From positions 88,804-108,437 of the IMG/VR virus record IMGVR_UViG_3300006226_000014: a stretch of DNA of 19,634 nt; one strand, written 5' to 3'. This document shows, one piece after another, positions 1 to 7,079 of this stretch (position 1 is the stretch's first letter; every line of letters begins with the position of its first letter). Position numbers and translations under genes: made by a program. The notes under the pieces were generated by a model. That model saw nothing but the letters and a program-made list of their open reading frames with translations, was not told the DNA's origin and made no database searches. Source of the stretch: a virus (taxonomy: Duplodnaviria > Heunggongvirae > Uroviricota > Caudoviricetes).

Positions 1-735
1 AAGCAACGCCTTTTGAGCACTGTGAACTTGCTTCTCCATAGTATTCAGAACACTTGGTACAACTGGGAATTGTAAGTTGTAGATATCGCCTGTCAATGGG
101 AGTCTGCTGCCTGAACCAATGTCGAGCACTGTCCCACGTCGATCTTTTGTGTCATCTTCTAATGAAGTAAAGATGGGGAGTACATTTCCAGTACCCGTTA
201 GTCGAACTGGTAATTTGCCATCATATCCGTGGTCCCATCCTCGCTTAGCCCCGCCTTTCTCTCGATATGGCGCTATTACAGTTCGTAGATAAGACAGTTC
301 ATTCCAAACATACTTTTTAGATTTAGTAAGCATAGCACACTCTTCTCTGAGCGACTTGAGTTTGTTCTTAGAAGACCGACCTTTTGATCTAGCATAGACT
401 AAATGATTCTCAAGATGGTTGATGAATTTGGTGTTGTCGATAGATTGTAAGATTTCCTTAATACGAGTGAAGCCATAAAAGAACCAACATGTACCATCTG
501 GAATGAGCACTCTGTGCATTTCATTGAGCCAGTCTGTCATGAAGGAGACATACTCATTAGAAGTGAACTTATCCCAGTCCTGCTTAGTCTTAGATGAATG
601 GGCATTAGAATAGCCTATAGCATAGGGAGGATCCGAGACACAGAGATGAATAGATTCATCTTTTAAGGAGATATCTTTGTAATTTGCATTGTGTAATATA
701 AGCTTAGATTGATTGATTTGTAAAGTAGTTGCCAT
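1..735 (-). CDS. DNA N6-adenine/N4-cytosine methyltransferase, beta class (3' end runs off the window)
   Basis: Not in the ORF track; read by hand. ATG at 735, open for 245 codons to position 1: MATTLQINQSKLILHNANYKDISLKDESIHLCVSDPPYAIGY...DWLNEMHRVLIPDGTCWFF...QVHSAQKALL. Catalytic motif IV DPPY is at 622-633, followed by the typical 'E.HRVL.PDG' segment and an HPxQKP-like HSAQKA. Confidence 0.9.
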   Translation of the reverse strand, partial: MATTLQINQSKLILHNANYKDISLKDESIHLCVSDPPYAIGYSNAHSSKTKQDWDKFTSNEYVSFMTDWLNEMHRVLIPDGTCWFFYGFTRIKEILQSIDNTKFINHLENHLVYARSKGRSSKNKLKSLREECAMLTKSKKYVWNELSYLRTVIAPYREKGGAKRGWDHGYDGKLPVRLTGTGNVLPIFTSLEDDTKDRRGTVLDIGSGSRLPLTGDIYNLQFPVVPSVLNTMEKQVHSAQKALL

Positions 736-736
736 T

Positions 737-748
737 ATTATTGAGTTT
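737..748 (-). promoter_or_regulatory. near-consensus class 1 motif (AACTcA-ATAAT) before the methyltransferase
   Basis: Minus strand reads AAACTCA ATAAT A ATG: one mismatch to WACTAA-N-TA-N-T and one extra base before ATG. No SD is present. Confidence 0.4.
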
Positions 749-753
749 AAAAC

Positions 754-2037
754 TCAATTTTTTAGATATTCTAATTCATATCGATTTTTATAAAAACACA
801 TAATAAAAATGGTACCAAAACTGATGATTATAGGAACAATTGTAAATAAAATTAGAATTGGAATTGAATTTGAAATATTAGTTTGAATAAATGATATAGT
901 TAATAAACCAACAATAAAATATGAAATACTTTCTCCTATCTTTTTTATAATCGCAGCCCCGGAAAAAATTAAACCTTCTATTTTTACACTATTCTTTTCA
1001 AAGTTTTCTTCAATAATATCAATAAAAAATAAATGAGAAGATACTTCATGTGGAGCCATCATTATTCCATTAATTATAAAACAAATAATAAGTAAAACTA
1101 ATGGAATAAAATTTAAATAAAGTCCAAAAAATAAAATTAAGCTACAAGATAAAATATAAATAATATTAGTTATTATTAAAACTTTAGATTTTTCAAATCT
1201 AAATATTTTAGGAGTAAAACCTATAGCTATTGTCATAGGAACCATAAAAGAAATAGTAAATAATCCAACTAAAAATGGAGAATGGAACCAACTAGACGCA
1301 AAAAATACTAAAGGTATTGTTACTAATGATCTTTTTAAGATCAAAAACATATAACTAAGTAATGAAATAATATAATTTTTAGATATAATATTTTTTAATT
1401 CTTTAATTTTATAATTGTTTTTTATAAAAATTCTTTCTTTTGTTCCTTTAAAACAAAGAATAAAAAATATCATTCCAAAAATTCCATAAATTGTCCAAGT
1501 AATTTGCCAATTAAATATATTTATTAATGGATATGTAATATTATTTATTAAAATAGTACAAATAAAAGCTCCATAAACTCTAAATAAATTTAATATTTGT
1601 CTTTCTTTTATATTATCAGTTATTCTTAAATTTAATGTAGAATGAGATATATTAATTCCAGTATATACAATTGTTGTTAGGAGATTATAAGTTATAATTA
1701 TATAAAGATATGATAAAAAATTTCCTATTCCAAAAGAGAATGGATTAATAAAAGTTAATGATAATATTATCATAAATGGAATTGATAAAAATAATAAATA
1801 AGGTCTTGATTTACCCAATTTAGTTTTAGTATTATCTACTATATATCCAAAAATGATATCACTAATAATATCAAATAATTTAGAAAAAGTAATAATTAAA
1901 ATTATTATACCATAAAATTCAGGACCAAAAGTTTGATAAAAGGGAAGAATAAAAGTCGCTAATGATGCATTAGCAATATTATAACCCATACTTCCTAATC
2001 CATAACTAATTTTTTCTTTTAAAGAAACTTTTTCCAT
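754..2037 (-). CDS. MFS transporter, glycoside-pentoside-hexuronide (GPH/MelB-like) cation symporter family
   Basis: N-terminus KEKISYGLG...FDIISDIIFGYIVDNTKTKLGKSRPYLL and ER..L..FR match the GPH signature. About 11-12 hydrophobic segments in 427 aa. Start overlaps the upstream stop (TAATG at 2035-2039). Confidence 0.88.
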   Translation of the reverse strand: MEKVSLKEKISYGLGSMGYNIANASLATFILPFYQTFGPEFYGIIILIITFSKLFDIISDIIFGYIVDNTKTKLGKSRPYLLFLSIPFMIILSLTFINPFSFGIGNFLSYLYIIITYNLLTTIVYTGINISHSTLNLRITDNIKERQILNLFRVYGAFICTILINNITYPLINIFNWQITWTIYGIFGMIFFILCFKGTKERIFIKNNYKIKELKNIISKNYIISLLSYMFLILKRSLVTIPLVFFASSWFHSPFLVGLFTISFMVPMTIAIGFTPKIFRFEKSKVLIITNIIYILSCSLILFFGLYLNFIPLVLLIICFIINGIMMAPHEVSSHLFFIDIIEENFEKNSVKIEGLIFSGAAIIKKIGESISYFIVGLLTISFIQTNISNSIPILILFTIVPIIISFGTIFIMCFYKNRYELEYLKN

Positions 2038-3038
2038 TAAGTTCTCCCGAATAATTGTTTATATGGAATTCCATATATAGATTTGTACACTACATCATTT
2101 ATAACATTATTTTCAGCATTACAATGCATATAAGGTTCTAAGCTTTTTCCACTTAGAGCTGATCTAATAACTCGTATGTTAGTAAATAACGTTTGAAATA
2201 CTGGTACTTTTAAGTCAACTAATGATAATGATAGATACAACAAATCAAAAGCATCTCTATCTTCTTTCTTATTTACTGATTGGAAATTAGCATCTTTGAA
2301 CTGTTGAATTACTTCATCTATTGTCACGTTACTATCTGCTACTTGTTGTAAGTAATCTCTGCACAATACTTTAATGTTGTTCCCAAACTTAGCTTTCTTC
2401 ATAAGTAGAGTACCTACAATATTATCACTTTTGTCTCCAAACAATGCCTTATATAGAATGTTAGCCGCAATAGTCGGCTTAAATTGGAATAGCTGTTCAA
2501 ATTGACTAACAGTAAATGGTTTATCGAAATCCCCGTTAATCATATGTACTATAACATTAGGTTTGTCATGGATATAACCAGCAAAATCATAGTCAGTAGT
2601 TATCAAAGCTACATTTTTGCATGTCGACATGAACTTCCAACCATCTTTGATCTGAGCAATTAGTGGTTCAACATAGTCATCAGCTTCATACTCATCTGAA
2701 TAGAGTAACTTAATACTGTCCCCACGATATAAGTAGTACTTACGAAATAACTCGATAGTTTCTAAGTAAATAGGAGAGTATGTTCTGTTTGCTTTATAGT
2801 CAGATAAGATTTTCTTTCGTTCATTAATTGAATAGTAAAAGTTCTTTGATTCACCTAAATCTGAGTAAGACACTGGATCAAATAGTATATACAAAATGCC
2901 GTCTTTATTGAGGCGTGACTTAACTTCACCTTCTACATAATTGATCATCCGTTTAATTACGTCGAGTGAAGTTTTAGCTGTTTTCTTTAGGCGATAAAAT
3001 AGACTGGCGCTGTCTAAAATGATATAGTCGTATAGCAA
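2037..3038 (-). CDS. 5'-3' exonuclease / flap endonuclease (PolI N-terminal, T4 RNase H / T5 D15-like)
   Basis: Motifs IILDSASLFYR, FD, YKANR, EADD, LITTDYDF and ALFGDKSDNI. TTG start with AAAGGA 7 nt upstream. Confidence 0.9.
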   Translation of the reverse strand: MLYDYIILDSASLFYRLKKTAKTSLDVIKRMINYVEGEVKSRLNKDGILYILFDPVSYSDLGESKNFYYSINERKKILSDYKANRTYSPIYLETIELFRKYYLYRGDSIKLLYSDEYEADDYVEPLIAQIKDGWKFMSTCKNVALITTDYDFAGYIHDKPNVIVHMINGDFDKPFTVSQFEQLFQFKPTIAANILYKALFGDKSDNIVGTLLMKKAKFGNNIKVLCRDYLQQVADSNVTIDEVIQQFKDANFQSVNKKEDRDAFDLLYLSLSLVDLKVPVFQTLFTNIRVIRSALSGKSLEPYMHCNAENNVINDVVYKSIYGIPYKQLFGRT

Positions 3039-3059
3039 TGTTCATCCTTTAAAATTAGC

Positions 3060-3089
3060 AAAAAAGGCCAACTAGCCTATCTTGCCTTT
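3060..3089 (-). terminator. putative intrinsic terminator/attenuator hairpin
   Basis: Minus strand AAAGGCAAGATAGGCTAGTTGGCCTTTTTT: stem AGGCU/GGCCU with loop AGUU, then a U tract. An alternative pairing of AAAGGC with GCCUUU is possible. Confidence 0.5.
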
Positions 3090-3095
3090 AAAGAG

Positions 3096-3105
3096 TATAT
3101 TAACA
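3096..3105 (-). promoter_or_regulatory. class 2 promoter motif (TG-T-TAATAT extended -10-like)
   Basis: TGTTAATATA on the minus strand, in the intergenic region upstream of the exonuclease. Confidence 0.5.
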
Positions 3106-3117
3106 CTAATTTGTAAA

Positions 3118-3303
3118 TTAGCCTTTTAGTTTATGCAATACGGTGGCTTTATCACCTTGATCTGCAATACGAATATCTTGACGTTCTTTCAATGCGTCAA
3201 CTTCTTCCCGCGTCATTTGTGAAGATTGTCCGCGATCCGTTACTTCAACTAAATGTTCTTTCTGTTTTAGATTGTCACCATCGACTTCTCTTAATCGTTC
3301 CAT
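3118..3303 (-). CDS. small hypothetical phage protein
   Basis: 61-aa ORF in operon orientation, preceded by the class 1 motif TAACTAA ATATT ATG. Confidence 0.75.
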   Translation of the reverse strand: MERLREVDGDNLKQKEHLVEVTDRGQSSQMTREEVDALKERQDIRIADQGDKATVLHKLKG

Positions 3304-3315
3304 AATATTTAGTTA
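3304..3315 (-). promoter_or_regulatory. class 1 motif WACTAA-N-TA-N-T directly before ATG
   Basis: TAACTAA ATATT ATG(3303). Confidence 0.6.
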
Positions 3316-3797
3316 CCAACTTCTTTTTTCAATATGCGACGTTCTTTAGCTTTTTCTGGATCAATTTCACCATATATAAGTCGAAGTAATCTGTTCATCA
3401 TAACAGAAGCATTGTCTTCTTGTCGTTCGTCCCATTCATTCCATCCAAAATAGACTTGGTCATTATCATTCAATGCATCAAAAGTACATTGCAAATCATC
3501 ATGATCGTCACATCTAATAAGGCCAAGCTTCCACATATTCTCATGTCTAAATCGAATAACAAGTACTGGCACAGATGCAATTTCTAAGTTAGTCATAATA
3601 GCTGCTGCAATAGTATCGTTTGGCTTATATGTGTATGTTGCTAAGTTATCAACCAAGTTGCCAAAGATATCCTTCTTGTTTAGTAGTGCCATACATTTAG
3701 GACATGAGGCTGTCTTAATCATTACAAAATAGACTGTTTCGTCTATGTTACCTCCCTTTGTCCAAATGTCCAATTCTTGTGTCGTTAGTTCTTTCAT
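3309..3797 (-). CDS. thioredoxin-fold protein (CxxC)
   Basis: VYFVMIKTASCPKC (beta strand then CxxC) and a later ASVPVLVI cis-Pro-like motif. SD GAGGAG upstream. Confidence 0.65.
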   Translation of the reverse strand: MKELTTQELDIWTKGGNIDETVYFVMIKTASCPKCMALLNKKDIFGNLVDNLATYTYKPNDTIAAAIMTNLEIASVPVLVIRFRHENMWKLGLIRCDDHDDLQCTFDALNDNDQVYFGWNEWDERQEDNASVMMNRLLRLIYGEIDPEKAKERRILKKEVGN

Positions 3798-3806
3798 TTT
3801 TCTCCT

Positions 3807-4223
3807 CTATAAGTTTTGTAATTCAGGAAAGTCAGGATCTGGTGGTTGCCAATCGATTCCTAATTTATATCCGCGCGTAAAACCACGCTTATATGCTTCT
3901 TTGATCTCTTTGTTAGTTTGTTCATTGTAATCTTTTCTGAACTGCTCTTTAGCTGCTTCTTCTCCAGCATCAAATCCTTCAGCCCACTTATCATGGGCTA
4001 TTCTATCGTATGTGTTAACTTCAAATTCTTCCTTTTCAGCTTCGAAAGCATCTTCTAATTGTTCTTTGAAGTAATCTGCTATGTAACTGTCATCTTTTAG
4101 TCGTGATAAGATAAGATCTACAAGTTCATCTCGTGGACCTTGTAGTTGCAATCCTAATTCATATTTGATACAAAATTGATCTATATCATATAGAAATCTA
4201 GGATCTAAATCTCGATAAGTCAT
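3807..4223 (-). CDS. hypothetical acidic protein with GxxxG repeats
   Basis: 138 aa containing EGFDAG and RGFTRGYKLG. Start overlaps the HNH stop (ATGA). Confidence 0.7.
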   Translation of the reverse strand: MTYRDLDPRFLYDIDQFCIKYELGLQLQGPRDELVDLILSRLKDDSYIADYFKEQLEDAFEAEKEEFEVNTYDRIAHDKWAEGFDAGEEAAKEQFRKDYNEQTNKEIKEAYKRGFTRGYKLGIDWQPPDPDFPELQNL

Positions 4224-4921
4224 ATATCTATATTAACTCTCCCGGGTAAAAATCCCTCTGGGCAAATTTCTCTTCTAATATTTTTAATACCATTGTTAAA
4301 CCAATATAAATTTTTTGTAGTAGCTTTTAATCCTTTATTCCAGGTTTGTTTTCCTCGATTTCCACTTCCTAATTTTTCTTTAACTTCTTTTCTTTGCATT
4401 GCTAATATTGTTTTTTCTTTAATATATTGTTTTTGTTCTTCTGTTCTTTTTTGTCCTCTTAATTGTTTAGATCTTTTTTCTATAGAATCTTTAGATAAAA
4501 TAATACTTTGTCCTTTTTTAAAACCATATATGTTTCCTTTCATTCTTTCTTTAATTATTTTTTGATGTTCAATACGAAGTTTTTCATATAATTTTCCATT
4601 CATATAGATAAGACCATTCTTATTAATACATTGTCTTTTAAATGCACATAACATTTGATAATAGTGTTCTTTATTTTGTTCATAAATTTTACATAAAAGA
4701 TAACCAGCTAAAAAATGTTCTCTACCGGTTAATGGAATATAATTTTCTTCAGATTCATTTCCTCCTGCACATTTTGGAATAATATGATGAAATTCAAAAT
4801 ATCTATTATCTCCATTTCGTTTCCATTTTTTCCATTCTTTTTTATTTTTTGGTCTATTACCTTTTTGAATTTCTTGTTTTATATAATTAACATAATTTTC
4901 ATAATTTTGTTTGTAATTCAT
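4220..4921 (-). CDS. free-standing HNH homing endonuclease with NUMOD3-like C-terminal DNA-binding repeats
   Basis: YFEFHHIIPKCAGGNESEENYIPLTGREHFLAG HNH-type motif; basic repeats SKQLRGQKRTEEQK and GKQTWNKGLK; terminal WFNNG...PEGFLPGR. More AT-rich than its neighbours. Confidence 0.85.
   Translation of the reverse strand: MNYKQNYENYVNYIKQEIQKGNRPKNKKEWKKWKRNGDNRYFEFHHIIPKCAGGNESEENYIPLTGREHFLAGYLLCKIYEQNKEHYYQMLCAFKRQCINKNGLIYMNGKLYEKLRIEHQKIIKERMKGNIYGFKKGQSIILSKDSIEKRSKQLRGQKRTEEQKQYIKEKTILAMQRKEVKEKLGSGNRGKQTWNKGLKATTKNLYWFNNGIKNIRREICPEGFLPGRVNIDI
4229..4237 (-). promoter_or_regulatory. class 2 motif GTTAATATA inside the HNH 3' end
   Basis: TAATAT at 4235-4230 puts the predicted +1 on the A of ATG 4223. 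Confidence 0.4.
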
Positions 4922-4940
4922 ATTATTTAGTTATATTAAC
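4922..4940 (-). promoter_or_regulatory. overlapping class 2 and class 1 motifs before the HNH gene
   Basis: Minus strand GTTAATA TAACTAA ATAAT ATG(4921). Confidence 0.55.
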
Positions 4941-4965
4941 TATAATAAGTACAATAACCTTATGC

Positions 4966-6171
4966 CTATCCGCCACCTCTTTGTGTGGCCAAAATTCCTA
5001 CTAGTCCTATGGATTTTAATATAGGATCTAAAGCTGATTGAAGTTTTTCTGCTCTATTAGCTAAAACTGTTGCATCAAGTTGACCTGCGATATCAGTTTT
5101 AACTAAAGATCTTAATAATGAAAAATTATTTAAAACTTCTATTCTTGCCATAGGTCTGGCAATAGTTTCAAGATCTTCATATCTTATATCGTCCCAATTT
5201 CTAGATTCTTTTAACCATTTAAAATTTAAATTTCCGCCAATAGTAGAAAACCCATAACAAAAAAGTTTGCCGTCTATCTTCTTTCGGCTGTACTTTTCTC
5301 GTCGAAAAAAGTTTAAGAAGCCTTGATTAGCTGCCATTTGTAATGGTATAGTTTGCTTAGTATCGAGACCAACATATCCTGGAACTTGCTTACCAATGTA
5401 TCGCACGCCTCGTCCAAACCTTCCACCATATCCCATGCCGCCCATTCCACCATACAACATTTGTTCATTATAGAATGCAAAAGGTGACTGATTACCATTA
5501 GCACCAGCTCCTGCTCCACCTGGAACAGTATAGTATGGCACACAAGCATAAGCGTCTTGTGGAAAAGGTACCATGAATTCAGCACCTTTAGTTATTTGAT
5601 AGCCGGGCTGTTCTTCTATGATAGGCCTAAATGTGAAGTAGCGTTGCATTGCTGGTCGAATGCAGTACTTAATGATCTCGTTCTTAGCTAATTCTGTCTC
5701 AGTGAATAGTACAAATGGAAAACCAATAGCCGTCAATATAGTAAGCAACTCATCGTCATCAATATTGATACAACCATTGTCAACTGTTATAGATTCGTTA
5801 GAGTATGGTATGAAGTCGTTGTTTGGCATAAAGCCGCCGTGCCATTTAGAAGGCAACACAACGAAGTAGGGCACCATTACGCCTTCTAATGCCGTGTATT
5901 CTCCTCGCACATCATCTATCTGCATAACAGACCAGTCTAATGGCATTTTGAACTGGTTGTCTACAACATAAGAATGCGCTACATATATGATGCGATTATG
6001 TAACGGTGCTGCTGAAAGCCAGTCTCCATCAGATGCGTCTATTCGTACAACACTATCTTTAGCGTAAAACTTTGTATGTTTGTTAACTGTCACTTGTCCC
6101 ATTGACCACCAAGTTTGAAGTATCTCCTCGGGATCACATTGGCGCAAATATGAATGGGCGTCTACTGCCAT
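4966..6171 (-). CDS. probable neck/head-completion protein (T4 gp13-like) with an N-terminal extension
   Basis: KNEIIKYCIRPAMQRYFTFRP resembles the gp13 N-terminal helix. C-terminal GQLDATVLANRAEKLQSALD resembles the gp13 'lng..l..eA..e..L' tail. SD TAAGGAG. Confidence 0.5.
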   Translation of the reverse strand: MAVDAHSYLRQCDPEEILQTWWSMGQVTVNKHTKFYAKDSVVRIDASDGDWLSAAPLHNRIIYVAHSYVVDNQFKMPLDWSVMQIDDVRGEYTALEGVMVPYFVVLPSKWHGGFMPNNDFIPYSNESITVDNGCINIDDDELLTILTAIGFPFVLFTETELAKNEIIKYCIRPAMQRYFTFRPIIEEQPGYQITKGAEFMVPFPQDAYACVPYYTVPGGAGAGANGNQSPFAFYNEQMLYGGMGGMGYGGRFGRGVRYIGKQVPGYVGLDTKQTIPLQMAANQGFLNFFRREKYSRKKIDGKLFCYGFSTIGGNLNFKWLKESRNWDDIRYEDLETIARPMARIEVLNNFSLLRSLVKTDIAGQLDATVLANRAEKLQSALDPILKSIGLVGILATQRGGG

Positions 6172-6180
6172 AATCTCTCC

Positions 6181-6426
6181 TTAAGTTGGTATATGATAGT
6201 CAAAGAACTCTACACATTTAGTAATGAGAATCTGAGCTGCTTCTAAATCACCATTGAGTTCCATAAGCTTATATCTAGGTTTGTTGTCGACATAATGTTG
6301 CAACATTAGTTGTTCTGCCATTTTAGTATGGATCAAAGCATTTTTCAGCGCGTCATTTCCAGCAGCAATAGTACTGCGAATTGTTCCATTATGTTCATTA
6401 CCTTCTTCAAAAAGTTCTTCCGTCAT
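6181..6426 (-). CDS. small hypothetical protein
   Basis: 81-aa ORF preceded by the class 1 motif CTACTAA CTAAT ATG. Confidence 0.7.
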   Translation of the reverse strand: MTEELFEEGNEHNGTIRSTIAAGNDALKNALIHTKMAEQLMLQHYVDNKPRYKLMELNGDLEAAQILITKCVEFFDYHIPT

Positions 6427-6438
6427 ATTAGTTAGTAG
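6427..6438 (-). promoter_or_regulatory. class 1 motif
   Basis: CTACTAA CTAAT ATG(6426). Confidence 0.55.
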
Positions 6439-6739
6439 CAGTAGGTATGCCTCGTTCTATGCAGTCATTACAATACCAATCATCATTCGGCTGTGCTACA
6501 CCTTTCTTAGTTTGTCGACATATATCACAAACACGTTCTATATTTGGATCAGTTAGTTCTCTAATGATCTTAATCGAGTTGTCTAAATTGTCAAAAAGTG
6601 AGTCACTGCCAAACTTATCATATAGCCAGTCTTTAAGTTCTTCAATACGACTAATAGCTTCATCTTTATATGATGACTTAATTTCCCAGGTACCTTCCTT
6701 TAGAGTGCCTTCTTGCAGAATCTTTTCAAATGAGTGCAT
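6428..6739 (-). CDS. small protein with C-terminal C4 zinc finger; possible internal head protein
   Basis: CDIC...YCNDC at the C-terminus. I moved the start from 6769 to 6739 because ATG 6739 overlaps the upstream stop (TAATG) and has GGGTGG upstream, giving the N-terminus MHSFEKILQEGTLKEG. Confidence 0.65.
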   Translation of the reverse strand: MHSFEKILQEGTLKEGTWEIKSSYKDEAISRIEELKDWLYDKFGSDSLFDNLDNSIKIIRELTDPNIERVCDICRQTKKGVAQPNDDWYCNDCIERGIPTATN

Positions 6740-6975
6740 TAACCACCCATTTCGCCAGTTTGTCGCCAATCATCATCATAGCTACTATTTAGTCTCATTG
6801 CTGCTAAAACGGCACCAACTGCTGCGTCTCTTGCTATGTCTAATTCTGCTTCAGAATAAAAGTTTTTATCAGCATAAGTTTCTTCAACCCAATCTAAAGC
6901 ATATTTTTCCCAATAGTCTTTATCAATAGATTCTTTGAGCTTAGCTGATTCGTATAGTTTTTCATATGTATTCAT
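6739..6975 (-). CDS. small acidic protein; possible internal head protein
   Basis: 78 aa with N-terminus MNTYEKLYESAKLKES, preceded by the class 1 motif. Confidence 0.7.
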   Translation of the reverse strand: MNTYEKLYESAKLKESIDKDYWEKYALDWVEETYADKNFYSEAELDIARDAAVGAVLAAMRLNSSYDDDWRQTGEMGG

Positions 6976-6987
6976 AATAGTTAGTAC
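6976..6987 (-). promoter_or_regulatory. class 1 motif
   Basis: GTACTAA CTATT ATG(6975), immediately after the terminator U tract. Confidence 0.55.
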
Positions 6988-6990
6988 AAC

Positions 6991-7021
6991 AAAAAAGCTC
7001 AGACCGTGAGACCTGAGCTTT
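6991..7021 (-). terminator. intrinsic terminator
   Basis: Perfect 9-bp inverted repeat AAAGCTCAG/CTGAGCTTT (6994-7002 / 7013-7021), extended by G-U, U-G and C-G pairs around a UCAC loop, ending in U6. Confidence 0.85.
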
Positions 7022-7061
7022 ATTAGGGAGGTAAGAGATGTAGATTATGTTGCCATAACCT
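6991..7061 (-). ncRNA. candidate 71-nt small RNA with an anti-RBS seed
   Basis: Extended -10 (TG-T-TAATAT) predicts +1 at A7061, the first base of the 8-bp hairpin AGGUUAUG-GCAA-CAUAAUCU. A 20-nt linker ACAUCUCUUACCUCCCUAAU follows, then the terminator. Confidence 0.55.
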
Positions 7062-7066
7062 TGTAT

Positions 7067-7076
7067 TATATTAACA
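7067..7076 (-). promoter_or_regulatory. class 2 promoter motif (extended -10)
   Basis: TGTTAATATA(AT) directly after the stop codon of 7080-8081. Confidence 0.55.
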
Positions 7077-7079
7077 TCT

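Noticed and set aside
3745-3930. 61-aa plus-strand ORF
   Set aside because: Antisense to two better-supported genes, with no RBS or motif.
4293-4565. 90-aa hydrophobic plus-strand ORF
   Set aside because: Antisense shadow of the Lys-rich HNH gene; the F/L richness is an artefact.
5313-5869. ORFs 5313-5585 (-) and 5660-5869 (+)
   Set aside because: Alternative-frame or antisense ORFs nested in the neck gene.
6740-6769. N-terminal 10 codons of the 113-aa ORF call
   Set aside because: The coupled ATG at 6739 (TAATG) is a better start.
6447-6929. 160-aa plus-strand ORF
   Set aside because: Antisense to the small-gene cluster, Ser/Leu-rich shadow composition, no start signal.
7038-7056. Mini-ORFs ATG GCA ACA TAA (minus) and ATG TAG (plus)
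   Set aside because: The first is locked in the GNRA hairpin with only 5 nt of leader. The second has no plus-strand promoter that I can see and is treated as the complement of the sRNA seed. A plus-strand start-stop element is not excluded.
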